Assembly: GCF_963921235.1 (NCBI RefSeq)
Contig: NC_086097.1
Coordinates: forward strand, 240,748,001 to 240,812,000
Reading direction: 5' to 3'
Source of the DNA: Mobula hypostoma
Lineage: Eukaryota
DNA length: 64,000 nucleotides
The position numbers were made by a program, and so were the translations under genes. Below the pieces are notes generated by a model. That model had not been told where the DNA came from and did not search any database. It saw only the letters and a list, made by a program, of their open reading frames with translations. This document shows, piece by piece, positions 39,800 to 52,989 of the stretch. How positions within the stretch are numbered: position 1 is the first letter of the stretch; every line of letters begins with the position of its first letter.

Positions 39800-40804
39800 A
39801 TAAGGAACTGATGAAGGGTCTTGGCCCGAAACGTCAACACTTCATTCCTCCCATGGATACTGCCCGGCCTACTGAGTTCCTTCAGCAGTTTGTAGGTGAA
39901 ACATCCACTTCACCATTTCTGAAGGCACATATGAATAATTCAAAAAAGGTTCTCCCTGTACATATTCAGTCTCGATCCCATGTTCTTTATGTTAGATTTG
40001 AATTAATGAAATTAAAACACAATGTTTATTCGTAGCTGCTCTGCCTTTTGTGGCTTCACCAGATTTGGAAAAGTAGTCCATTTAAAAAAAAAATCGCACA
40101 TCAGCTAAGAAACACAGGTGATTTGCAAGCAACTCAGAGGACCTGGTAAATGTCAGAGCTACCTTAAAATGACACAGCTCAGATTCAAAGGTTAATTTTA
40201 ATATCAGAGAATGTATACAGTATACAACCTGAAATTCTTACTCTTCCTAGACGGCCACGAAACAAGACAGCCCATTGAATGAATGATAGAAACCTCAAAG
40301 CCCCAAAGTTCTCCTCCCCCACCGTGTAAATCTGAGCAATGTTGCAGCTAATCAGGAACATCCAATGGCAGTGCATTCAACCTCTTCATGTAAGGTGGCA
40401 GCAAAGTCATTCCTAATTAAACTTCAACTGAACATCCTTCCTTTGGTTTCACTTGGCAGTTTGCTGGTGGCAAGACGCCAATACTAGCAATCCATACAAA
40501 AGGCTCAGTCCTTCTTTAACCATAGTGAAGACTTCACTTTCTAAAAATGGGCTCGGATGTGGGAACGGGTGTGGACACTGACAGATTCTGTCCCAAGTTA
40601 TTCCAAATTAACTGCCAGACCTGCATTAAATAGCGTAGTCAAGGTTTTTCAATGCATGTGAATTCAAGGGGTGAAACAACACTGCGTCCCTTACCAAAAT
40701 ATCCTTGGAAACATTTCCTTAGAAATAAGGAGCATGGAGAACTTCATAAAAACATTTACAAATGTGTAATCATAATCTATTCCAACAAGTACTGAAATGC
40801 AGAT

Positions 40805-41037
<233 letters not shown>

Positions 41038-41379
41038 TTTTATATATGTATAGTCTTGGTAACATGGAAGGTAAGCTGAAGAATGTGAAGACAGGGTCTG
41101 AGGACTGTGCATGTACGTGGACGGTTGGGAGGGAGATATGGGGCTTGATTTGTTGATTGTTATGTTCCATTTTTTTTGTGTTCCGTGTTGCATTATGGGT
41201 CTGCCATGTTGGCACCAGAATGTGTGGTGACACTGGTGGGGTGCCCTCACTTATCATAAGGTATGTTGGTTGATAATGCAATTGATGCATTTCACTGTGT
41301 TTTTCCATGTAATCCGATAAATAAATCTGAATCTGAAACTACCAACTGTGGTGACTGTTTTAACAGATTGCCAATTAGA

Positions 41380-41802
41380 CAGTCATAGAGAAGTAAAGCA
41401 CAGGAACAGGCTCTTCAGCCCATCTAGTACATGCTAAACCATTTAATCTGCCTATTGACCTGCACCGGGACCATAGCCCTCCACACCCCTACTATCCATG
41501 TACCTATTCAAACTTCTCTCAAATGCTGAAATCAAGCTCGCATGCACCACTTGTGCTGGCAGCTCATTCCATACTCTCACAAGTCTGTTTGCATTTACCC
41601 TATCTATACCCCTCATAATTTTATATACTCCTATCAAATCTCCCCTCATTCTTCTACGTTCCAAAGAATAAAGCCCTAACTTATTCAATATTTCCTTATA
41701 ACTCAGGCCCTCCAGACCAGGCAACATCCTTGTAAATTTTTTTCTGTGTTCTTAAACCTTGTTTTACATCCTTCCTATACATAGGTGACTAAAACTGCAC
41801 AC
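41380..41802 (-). mobile_element. CR1 3' fragment
   Basis: Encodes MLPGLEGLSYKEILNKLGLYSLERRRMRGDLI. Confidence 0.8.
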
Positions 41803-44454
41803 ATTAGAGTCCCATCATTAGATTTCATACCATTCCAAAAAATAATCTGGGTACAAAAATTAGGACTTAAACTCGGAAGCCATATCTGCTCTGTCACCTC
41901 TGTTAACTGAGAGTTGCTTCACACTTAATATTGATTTTCTAGACATCAAACAGCAGCATTTAGTACATGATCCAGATTCACATCAACTCTGTTCAAGCAG
42001 CATAAAAGCAACAGTGGCAAATAACTCCAAGCATAGACTTAAAGATGTAGTAATGTACCAAAGAATAATTTTGGCCAGAAGCATGTCCCTGCACTGAGAG
42101 CTAAACATAACAATATAGCTTCCCCAAGTCAAAAATCCTTTCATACATGACAAATTTCATACATCCTTTTAAAATACACGTCCTTCTGTTCTTCAAAATA
42201 TGATTCTAGCTTACTGGACACAGTAAAATTGTGATAGCTTCGATATCTGTGATAATTCCCTGGATGCAGTCCCCATGCATCTCCCTTGCCTTAGACCTGG
42301 TGACCAGCATCTTTGGGGAGATAACGGGTTCAGTTTAGTGGTTAAGTCTGGTTTTGAGATCGTCTTCATAACCTCTGGTTTCTCCCCCAGCATTTCCTAG
42401 CCAGTGAAATAGCTTTAAAATGCCGTCATTGTTGGAAATGCCAACGTGGTTGGGAATGCTGTGACTGTTTGGATTGCCGCCATTGTACGCAATCTGGCAG
42501 CAAATCAGCATCATATCACCTAATATACCAGAGGAATTCAAGACTTTGAAAAATGGTTCCTATAACATCCATATGGATGAGGGGATATAGCCAGGACCTT
42601 TCCATATAATTCAACCATGAAAAGAGTTCTACAACTTCACAAATCAAGAATTCAAATAATTAATCATAAACGCAAGAGATTCTACAGATGCTAGAGATCT
42701 TTAGCAACACGAGAAGACAGAAGATACAATTCCAAGCAGCAATTGGATTAATTTGATCCCTGTTTATTTCATAGTCAAAAATCTCAGAGTCCATCAAGCA
42801 CTGGAAGTATAGCTTTTAGAAATGAAAGAATTTAAACAATAAATAAGAATTTTTTTTGTTCACTGCTCCAGGTAGATTGCTGTGATCAGAGTTCTGAAAG
42901 GACTTTCCAAGATCAAGGAGAAAATTGCACAGTTTAAACAATCAATAATTCAGTGGATAAAAAATATTTAGATTATTTTGGATTAAATGCATAATCCTGC
43001 CTGTTATGTTTCGTAACTTTGAAACACTAAACTAGTTCGAAGGAAGATGCGGGAGTCCAAAACATGGATCTAACTTGGGTTTACTTTAAGTGAGGCAAGC
43101 ACGTACTGTAAGTATGTGACATTTCAAGGGCTGGGGACATAAATAAGGACCTTTCTATTTCTTCTATTAGGGATTTGTGGTTGGTTGGATGGATGTTCTT
43201 GTTGCCATTTGGGCAATTTGTTTTTTTTTGCATGTGGGAGGGTTGATGGTTTCTTTTGAACAGTCTCTATGGTTTTCTTTGTTTTGTGGCTGTCTGGAGA
43301 AGGCGAACCTCAGAGTTGTATGCGTCATGCATACTTTGATAGGAATTGTACCTTGAAACTATCACTACTCTTCCAGGATGTGAAAAGTTAAGGGAGGGGA
43401 ATGCATCTGATGGGCCTAAAGTTCTCATTTTGCGTAATCCTGAGAAAATCCTCGACCTCACACAAAGTTGCATAATCTTCTCTCTGGAACTTGACGGAGT
43501 TTATTTGATCATGCTAACATAATGGATTTACCATTCATCTACCTACTACAGCATGGGGGGGGGTGGAATACAGTGGAATATGCTAAATTTCCTGTGGTAC
43601 TGTTCACAATTAGTTAGGTCACAGTGATACAGTAAACAGTGCATTCACAGCTCCGTCGGATCATTGCAGAGATTGAGCAACCACATCCTGTGGACATGGG
43701 AGTTTATAAATGTATCCCAGGTTGGTTGTGTTAAACATGGAATATATCAGTGTCAGTGTTCTCTGCTTCTGAAACTCATTCCAGTAAAGTCAGTAAGATG
43801 GATTTCAGAGGCAAAGTAGAAGATGCTGACGCTACTACACAGCACGTTCAGCATTACCCACTGGGGACGAATTTCTAGGCAAGGGAATTCATATTTAACT
43901 GATTACAAAGAGTTTCATGGCTAAAATTCATTGCAATAAAAGTGATTTATGATCATGGCACACATTAAAGAAGACTCCTTATAGAATTAAAAGTAACAAT
44001 CCTGGATCCCATATCTTTCACAAAACCCATTCCTGCAAAAAGATCCACAAGAAGCGAGAAACTTCTGTAAGCAATTAATACAGCATCAACTGATTGAGAA
44101 TCGTTTGACGCTTTTGTGCACAGGCACCACTGCTTACAGATTAAAAGAATGAATGCTATCAGATTGAAAAAATATGTGTAATGGAGAAAATCAAGTAAAC
44201 CAAGTAAAATACTGTAAATACTGGAAATCTGAAATTAATACACAGAAAGAAACATTAAGATCAAGCAACATCTGTGTGACCATAAAATTGTTAAAGCTTC
44301 AATTGAATGATAGATCATCTGATTTTAAGCAGCCACAGTATTCAGCATTTTTAAAATTTCTGCCAGTTAATACAGCAAATTGTCACATTTAATGCCTTTA
44401 CATGAAGACAGGCCCATTCAACGTAGAATTGCTAGCAACAATTACATTGTCATC

Positions 44455-44835
44455 AATAATGATGGTATCTGGCCTCAATGATTAGGCCTAAATCACCGGC
44501 CAGTGATACCGACTTCAACAATCATGAAGTGCTTTGAGTGGCTGGTAATGGATCGTATAAAATCCCACCTCCCAGTCACAGTGGACCCTTTCCACCTGGC
44601 CTACTGCTCAAACCAGTGCACTGATGATTCTGTAGCCTTGGCCTCCACTTCATCCTGTCAAGCCTGGAGAATGATGCCTGGTACACCAAGACGTTGTTCA
44701 TTGACTTCAGCTCCGCATTTAACATGATCATCCCTCAGAGGCTGGTGGGTGAACTGCCCTCATTGGGCCTCAACACCCGCCTTTGTAACTGGAGAGTGCT
44801 CAGCACCATCTACTAGCCTCTCATTTACTGCTGGT
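44455..44835 (+). mobile_element. Degenerate LINE reverse-transcriptase fragment (Rex/L2 group)
   Basis: Encodes TSTIMKCFEWLVMDRIKSHLP..VDPFHLAY.SN..TDD, followed by a DFSSAFN-like segment. Confidence 0.7.
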
Positions 44836-45483
44836 AGAGGAAGGTGTCTGTGTGTGACTCTCCCTCTCCCCCTCTCACTCTCTCTCTCCACCTCCCCCCC
44901 CCACTCACTGCTCCTATAGGAAGGTTCCTGCATTCGGATGGTCTCTCTCTCTCCCTCCTTGATACTACTGGAGGATGGTGCCCGAGTTCTGGGTCTTGGG
45001 CAAGGTATAATCAATGCGGTTTGTAGATTAGACTATGTCGTTCGCGTTACGATGTACTTACGTTTGCTGGCTGCTCTTTTTTTTTTAAAGACGATTTTGA
45101 ATCGGGGCACCTGCAGATAATGAGCACTGAGCTGAAGTGAATATGCCTGCAGTCTTTCAATTCTGTGCTTTTTGCTCGTGTTTTGTTTGTTGCTGTCTGC
45201 ATAATTTTTTTTGAGTGTGGAAGATGTTGATGTTTTTCTTTGAATGGGTTCCATGGCTTTCCTTGATTCGTGGCTGTCTGTGAGGAAGACAAATCTCAGG
45301 GTTGTATACATACTTTGAGAATAAATGTACTTTGAATCTTTGCAACGTTTGCACTGAAAATTAGTCAGCTAGTTGGACTGGGACATTGCATTCACTATTC
45401 ACATGCTCTTTCCTAAACTGTGAGATTTATAACCATGTGAAGACATGGAATGAGCAGACACAAGGTGGCCCACAATGGAGATA

Positions 45484-45946
45484 CATAGAAACATAGAAAA
45501 TAGGTGCAGGAGTAGGCCGTTCTGCCCTTCGAGCCTGCACCACCATTCAGTACGATCATGGCTGATCATCCAACTCAGAACCCTGTACCTGCCTTCTCTC
45601 CATACCCCCTGATCCCTTTAGCCACAAGGTCCATATCTAACTACCTCTTAAATATAGCCAATGAACTGGCCTCAACTGTTTCCTGTGGCAGAGAATTCCA
45701 CAGATTCACCACTCTCTGTGTGAAGAAGTTTTTCCTCATCTCGGTCCTAAAAGGCTTCCCCTTTATCCTCAAACTGTGACCCCTCGTTCTGGACTTCCCC
45801 AACATTGGGAACAATCTTCCTGCATCTAGCCTGTCCAATCTCTTTAGAATTTTATACGTTTCAATCAGATCCCCCCTCAATCTTCTAAATTCCAGAGAGT
45901 ATAAGCCTAGTCGATCCAGTCTTTCATTATATGTAAGTCCTGCCAT
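45484..45946 (-). mobile_element. Young CR1 LINE 3' end
   Basis: Encodes GLTYNERLDRLGLYSLEFRRLRGDLIETYKIL...RTRGHSLRIKG...RKNFFTQRVVNLWNSLP, with a (TTCTATGT)-type tail. Confidence 0.9.
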
Positions 45947-47633
45947 CAAAATACAAGTCCTTTGTTTATGAGGGCATTTATTACACCAGATAATATCCAA
46001 TGAGGTGCAATGTTTAACTCAAAACTACAGCTCGCTTCTTGCTGAAACAAATTCTTGCTTACCTTTCACAATTTACAAAAAACTTGCAACAGCATATTTA
46101 ATATTTTTCCCCTGTCAGGCATATTGTTGCTGTAAATATATTAATTGCCAAGATCACAACACATGTCTGGAATGTCTGTGATCTTTCATCAGTTCTGATA
46201 GCATAAACATAGCCCTCGCAGAGAGTTATGCACTTGGAGCAGTACAGATATAAAAAAGTAATTGTTTTAAGTCGAATTCAACAAAGTTTTTTTTCTCACA
46301 TAGGATAGAATTAAATCCCAAATGGATCTGAGAGCCAAGTTGCTGAATTAGACAGTCTGAAGAATTAAAAACTGCGGAAAGTTGTAAACTCAGCCAGCTC
46401 CATCATAGGCACCAGCCTCTCCAGCATCCAGGGCACCTTCAAAAGGAGATGCCTCAAAAAGGCAGCATGCATTAGTAAGGATCCCAGGACGTGCTCGCTT
46501 TCTCACCGTTACCATCAAGGATGTGGTACAGGAGCCAAACGACACACACACATTTCAGGAACAGCTTCTTAACCCTCCGCCATCAAATTTCTGAATGGAC
46601 AATGAACCCATGCACAATACATCAGCTTTTGCATAACTTATTTAATATTTACTTTTAACTGCAATTATTATGTATTGTAATGTACATGCTGCCGCAAAAC
46701 AACGATTTTTTTGGCTGGTAATGTTAAACTTGATTCTTAACGTGTGCAGGCTACTTTCCTCTCAGTTTGGGTGAGACCAGAACTACAGGTCATAGGTTCA
46801 GGGTGAAAGGTGAAATATTTAAGAGGAAGCTGTACCTCGAGCAATGGCTTGGGCTTTTATGGGGTTAAATAGACAAAGCAGGCACCAGGCTGCCCTAAGC
46901 AACTGCTGCTTGAATCCACGGTAAACAATGGAAGAGTAACAGAACAGAGAGCATCTGTTAAAGTGTCTCACACCATGTGTTGAAGGTGAGAAGGGTTAGG
47001 TTCAAGGTGGATGCCTGGAATGTGCTGGAGGAATATGGACATTGTGTAGGTAGGAGGGATTAGTGCTGGGGCGTTTTTGATTTGCCTTTTAGCTGGTTCT
47101 ACACAACACTGTAGGCTGAATGGTCTTGCTCCTGTGCTGTACTGTTCTATGTTCTAAAAGTGGGGATGGCAGGAGTTCAGGTAGGTACAACTGGAGGCTT
47201 CAGTCTGCTGTATATGGGAACTGCTCCCCGGATGGTGAGGGTGACAAGTCCTGGTTCAGATGATGTCCAAGTATCCCTTGTGGAGACACTGACTCAAACA
47301 AACTTAACATTATTAATTTTCCATTTAGGCCCACATTTTTGTGTGCTCTTTCCCCTGGACTACAGGGCTTCACTTGCGAGCCCGGCACTGGGTGCCAACT
47401 CAAGGAATGAGATTAAAAAGCATCCGTGGGTGTGATTGACTCCTTTAACTTCAAGGGGATCCTGGCTCTCCACAGGGCAAGGGACTTGTTCATTGTTAAA
47501 GTGGCACATGTATTTCCTTGAGTTGGTCTGGCTTATGTTGCTGATATTTGAACCTCACTTCAGAGCTTCACATACCCCACCCATGTCAAGTACGAGGGGT
47601 TAAAGTTGGAGTGGGGGGCAGAATCTTAAATTT

Positions 47634-47917
47634 AATTATTTATTGAGATGCAGTGCAGAATAGGCCCTTCTGGCCCTTTGAGCCACGTCGCCCAACTACC
47701 CCACAATTCAATCCTAGCCTGATCACGGGATCACTTACAATGACCAATTAACCTACCAAATGATACGTCTTTGGACCGTGGGAAGAAACCGGAGCACCCG
47801 GAAGAAACCCATGCAGTCAAGGGGAGGATGTGCAAACTCCTTTACAGGTAGCAGTGGGAATTGAACCCAGGTCACTGGTACTGTAAAGCGTTGTGCTAAC
47901 CACCATGCTATCGTGCC
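47634..47917 (-). mobile_element. tRNA-derived V-SINE (HE1-like)
   Basis: A box TAGCATGGTGG and B box GGTTCAATTCC, V-domain gggtttcttccgggtgctccggtttcttcccacggtccaaagac, and a CR1-like tail. Confidence 0.75.
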
Positions 47918-48409
47918 AGAGAGAGCGTCCAGGAGAATCCAAAAGAATCTCATCTTCTGACACGTTATTTAAGACTTCAACACATAAATGCTAAAAAATG
48001 ATTAACTACAGTTTCAGTTCTTATAACCACCTACTTTACTATTTAGAACTGGGGTTCCCAACCCCTTTTATGCTATGGACCAATGCTATTCTGCCCTCGC
48101 TTGAGTTTTTCCCCCCACTTTCTTAAAGCTAGGCAGATAGATAAACTCCAGTCCTACATAGCTGTAGTTCGAATGTGGTTTTATTGTTCACCAACACATT
48201 ACAGTATGCAAGGAGCTGAGTAAAAAGACACTACTTCTTGATGTTCTCACAAAAGGTAGATTCAAACACTGATCAAAACTCCCTCAACTTCCAGCAAAGA
48301 GCTTCTAACTAAAAGCATCTAAATGAAATGTACAAATGACATAAGATGCAACACACATCAAAGTTGCTGGTGAACGCAGCAGGCCAGGCAGCATCTCTAG
48401 GAAGAGGTG

Positions 48410-48447
48410 CAGTCGACGTTTCAGGCCGAGACCCTTCGTCAGGACTA
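48410..48447 (-). ncRNA. Minimal type-I hammerhead ribozyme motif, intact core, on the TRPS1 sense strand
   Basis: Reverse complement reads UAGUC-CUGACGA-A-GGGU(CUCG)GCCU-GAAA-CGUC/-GACUG. Confidence 0.75.
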
Positions 48448-49119
48448 ACTGAAGGAAGAGTTAGTAAGAGATATGAAAGTGGGAGGGGGAGGGGGAATCC
48501 TGCTTTCTCTGGCAGACAGAGCGTAGGTGTTCAGCACAGTGGTCTCCCAGTCTGCGTCGGGTCTCGCCAATATATAGAAGGCCACATCGGGAGCACCAGA
48601 CGCAATATATCACCCCAGCTGACTCACAGGTGAAGTGTCTCCCAGCAGGATCTCCCAGTGGCCAAACATTTTAATTCCACATCCCACTCCCATCCTGACA
48701 TGTCTATCCACGGCCTCCTCTACGGTAAAGATGAAGCCACACTCAGGTTGGAGGAACAACACCTTGTATTCCGTCTGGGTAGCCTCCAACCTGCTGGCAT
48801 GAACATTGACTTCTCTAACTTCCGCTAATGCCCCACCTCCCCCTCGTACCCCATCTGTTATTTATTTTTATACACACATTCTTTCTCTCACTCTCCTTTT
48901 TCTCCCTCTGTCCCTTTGACTATACCCCTTGCCCATCCTCTGGGTTCCCCCCCCTTGTCTCTCTCCCTAGGCCTCCTGTCCCATGACCCTCTCATATCCC
49001 TTTTGCCAATCACCTGTTCAGCTCTCGGCTCCATCCCTCCCCCTCCTGTCTTCTCCTATCATTTTGGATCTCCCCCTCCCCCTCCCACTTTCAAATCTCT
49101 TACTAACTCTTCCTTTAGT

Positions 49120-49157
49120 TAGTCCTGACGAAAGGTCTCGGCCTGAAACGTCGACTG
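49120..49157 (+). ncRNA. Minimal type-I hammerhead ribozyme motif, intact core
   Basis: UAGUC-CUGACGA-A-AGGU(CUCG)GCCU-GAAA-CGUC/-GACUG. Stem I is UAGUC:GACUG, stem II is 4 bp, and stem III is the loopless palindrome ACGU. Confidence 0.75.
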
Positions 49158-49867
49158 TACCTCTTCCTAGAGATGCTGCCTGGCCTGCTGCGTTCACCAG
49201 CAACTTTGATGTGTGTTGCTTGAATTTCCAGCATCTGCAGAATTTCTGGTGTTTGCATTTCTAAAATGATATAAGATCGTTGACCTGATAATGAAAGCCA
49301 ATTGCTTAACATGAGAATAAGTAATCAACCACAGCTGTGAACTTACAAGCAAGCAGTGAGAGCTAGCAACTGGAAATAAGGTAACAAACCACATCAGGAA
49401 GGACATAACAAATACCATTTACCTGGTGTTAAGCTTCATTATTTGGAGGGTGAACAGAGGTGGATAGCATAATTACTGATCAACTAAACTGAGCAGCAGC
49501 CTTTAGGACATAAAACATGCACACAACTTCCAATTGATACTCAGTGGCTAGAGAAACCAGTCTCTACTGTGGGGCATTCTGTCCACTCTAGAGATTGCCA
49601 GCCTTTCTGATTCTGCCCCAGTAAAACTACATAGGGAAACACAACAGATGCAAGTTTATATTGTTAAAAGTGTATCCCTGCCACTTAACGCACAGTTCAA
49701 GACAGATGTTTTTTTGTCAATTAATCTTCTTGCCAATTGTACTAAAAGGGCCATCCATCAACCCTACAATAAACGGGGTATATTTTGTGTGTCCGGTTTT
49801 TGGAACAGACACTACATTGAATATTCAAAGGGCTTCTGTCAGCTGGGAAGTGCTAACACTGTAAATA

Positions 49868-50146
49868 CGACACCATGGTAGTGTAGCAGTTAGCATGATG
49901 CAAATTACAGCACGGGCCATTGGAGCTCAGAGTTCAAATCTGATGTCCTTGTAAGGAGTCTGTACGTCCTCCCCGTGCAGTTCCTGGGGTTTCTTTGGCT
50001 AATCCGGTTTCCTCCTTACTGGGTAGAGTAATTGGTCATCATAAATTGTCCTGCGTTAGGCTAGGTTACATTGGGGGGGGGGGTTGCCAGGCAGCGGAGT
50101 TCAAAGGGCTGGAAGGGCCTTTTCCACGCTGTATAAATAAATAAAT
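49868..50146 (+). mobile_element. tRNA-derived V-SINE (HE1-like); further copies near 17200, 21690, 23965, 30795, 32560 (-) and 52200 (-)
   Basis: A/B-box head, ctccccgtg...ccggtttcctcc core, and a gaagggcc...cgctgtat(aaat)n tail. Confidence 0.7.
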
Positions 50147-50355
50147 ATGCAAATTGGCAAATTTACCTGACTTTATTCTAAATGTTAAAGTAGGCGATTA
50201 TAGGAATTAAAACAGTAGTTAATCGTTTTTCTGGTGTCCTTGTATTGAAGAATAAAATACCGTTGTCAGAAGACTGAGATTCTCTTGGATTTTCCCGAGC
50301 TCGCTCTCTCTCCTGTAGGTTTACTGTGTGAATAAAGACTTTTGTATTTCCCATT

Positions 50356-50856
50356 CGGGATGTACGGGGTGTCCAGGGAGGTGTGAAGGGGCCTGTCGTG
50401 TCCATTCCAGGGCAGTTCACTCAACTTTGGTTCCCCGCCTGTGCAAACAGCTCTCAACAGTGGCTGTTTGCACGTGACAGCGGCCACACCCCGGTACACC
50501 GCTTCGACAGGTGGGCTAAACCAGGTAAGGTTAGCTGGTGGCCTCATCCCCTGCTGAGACGGGGACTCGCCTATTCTCGTATGCAAAGTCAGCTCTGGTG
50601 GACTGGGTGGTTGAGATCTGCATTGAATTCCAGCAGCCAGGAAGGCGATACTGCAATGCCTCGTGGAGTGGACAGTGAGGGGCATGATGAGGCACAGAAG
50701 AGGCCATGGTCACCCACTGCAACCAAGGAAGACCCCAGTTTGTGACAGTTGTTTGTACCCAATGTTCTGAGGTCGAGAATGCGAAGCTGCCCCAGTACAA
50801 CGGCTTTCCTGCCTTAAAAAATCTCCTGTCGTCATCAGACGTGATGGACAACCACC
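50356..50856 (+). mobile_element. GC-rich short retroelement with 10-bp TSD (family uncertain)
   Basis: atttcccatt at 50346-50355 and 50857-50866; CpG-rich body ending in an (ACC)-type tail. Confidence 0.65.
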
Positions 50857-51677
50857 ATTTCCCATTACAGCTCCCGAGTGGCTCAGTTTTAATCAGTCAC
50901 AACAGCTGGAATAGGGTTAAATAGCAAAAGAACAAAATTTCATTTGTCCTCCTAGAATCCTGAAAAGTTGATTCATTTGCATGTGCTGTTGTATTTCTTA
51001 CTAATGAAGGCTGCAACTGGCCAATGGCGCAAGCCATCGTTCAGTTCGCCTGGAATCCATGCATTTAATTATTGCATATGCACACAATGAACAATGGCTT
51101 CAACTGTTAACGATCAGTGCAAGGTTCATAGAAATTTGCCGCCACTGTTGACCACAACCATGATAGCTGCAAACATGCACGGTGGAGTCAGTTTCTATAA
51201 TATTTGTATTTCACTCTTGTGTAGTGACAGGTTTTCCTGAAAAAAATGACCTTTAATTATAACAACCATTGAAATGCAGCATTGTAATTTATTATCGCAA
51301 GTCCTGTCACTGCGTGTATTTCATAATGCTGGACAAAACCCCAGCTTCAATCACTCCAAACTAGATCTCCAATGCAAATGCAAAATAACTCAGATGTTGG
51401 AAATCTGAAATAAAACAGTAACTTGATAGGAGTACTCTGAAGGCCAGTCAACATCCATGAGGAAAGGCAATAAAGAGCTAACATTTCATATCAATGACAC
51501 TTCATTTACTAGTTCTCAGTATCTATCCATTAAACATTCAATTCCAAGAGGATTGGTATTTACTAAAACATTATTTTCAAACTCAAGGTAGCAGCTGTCA
51601 GCGATCATAACTTTCATTAGTTAAGCCAATATTCAAAAGAAATTACACATATACTGAAATGAAATATCATCCAGTCT

Positions 51678-52090
51678 AATTACTTTATTGTCGCCAAACG
51701 ATGGATACTAGAACGTGCAATCATCACAGCGATATTTGATTCTGCGCTTCCCGCTCCCTGGAGTACAAATCGATAGTAAATATTAAAAATTTAAATTATA
51801 AATCATAAATAGAAAATAGAAAATGGAAAGTAAGGTTGTGCAAAAAAACCGAGAGGCAGGTCCGGATATTTGGAGGGTACGGCCCAGATCCGGGTCAGGA
51901 TCTGTTCAGCAGTCTTATCACAGTTGGAAAGAAATCTGCCCGCACGAGTCTTCAAGCTCCTGACCCTTCTCCCCAAGGGAAGAGGGACAAAAAGTGTGTT
52001 GGCTGGGTGGGTCGTGTCCTTGATTATCCTGGCAGCACTGCTCCAACAGCGTGCGGTGTAAAGCGAGTCCAAGGACGGAAGATTGGTTCC
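51678..52090 (-). mobile_element. Rex/L2-group LINE 3' end
   Basis: Encodes LPSLDSLYTARC...ARIIKDTTHPANTLFVPLPLGRR; AATAAA at the 3' end. Confidence 0.7.
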
Positions 52091-52989
52091 GTCCAATCTT
52101 CTGAGCATCTTTGATTGAAATAATGGTTTAAAGATTAAGACATTGAAATAGAGTGAAATGCAATGTTTGTGCCAAGGGTGTGCTGGAGGCAGCCCTCAAG
52201 TATCGCCATGCTTCTGGTGCCAGTGAAGCATGCCCACAACTTATTAACCCGAACTTGTACATCTTTGGAATGTGGAGCACTCGGAGGAAACCCACACGGT
52301 CAGGGGGAGAACGCACACACTTCGTACAGACAGTGGCGGGAATTGAACCCCAATCCCCAAGCTGACATGGTAAAGCATTACCTAACTGGACTGGAGTGTC
52401 CTTGATTCCACTGCTTGCCATTCCATGCACTTAATTACCACACCTCAGTACTCAGTTTGGAAATTAAAGACCTGTCATTTTTATGATTCTTTACCTGAAT
52501 TCTGACCTTCCTGCAAACTGATGTTAATTGCACATTGTTTCCTGAAGCAATTACGAGGCATTTCTCCTTTCTGCTCATCGTTGGTGAATCAACATTAAAT
52601 CCACAGCTAAATTATAGTGTCTACAGTCTGTGCTTTGGAAGCCAAAGACGAGAGTGAGCTAAGCTCAGCACCGAGGTCTGGCTCCAGATGAGGAGATGAA
52701 GTAAGAGCAAGAGAGAGGGAGTGCCAGAGCAAGATTTTCATTTTTCATTTGAACCTCTCAAAGGCCTTTTCGAGATTAAAAAGAAAGCTGATGGTGTCAA
52801 AAATAGACTCCAGTGTTAACAGTGCACAAGACTGCAAGGACAGACAGAAATTACTAAGGCAAACTAATTCATAACACACACACTCCGTGCCCACTTCATT
52901 AGGGCCACTGTCTTCCTTAACCATTGAGTGTGTGTCCAAAGTCCAAAGTACATTTACCATCAAAGAATGTATAAATTAAATGTATAAAT

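Larger units (their letters stand above)
48348..49263. mobile_element. Penelope-like element with an inverted 5' segment; 14-bp TSD
   Basis: A minus-strand 3' repeat plus EN fragment (48348-~48641) is followed by a plus-strand EN end, 3' repeat and tail (~48644-49263). Flanks are aaatgacataagat (48334-48347) and aaatgatataagat (49264-49277). Confidence 0.88.
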
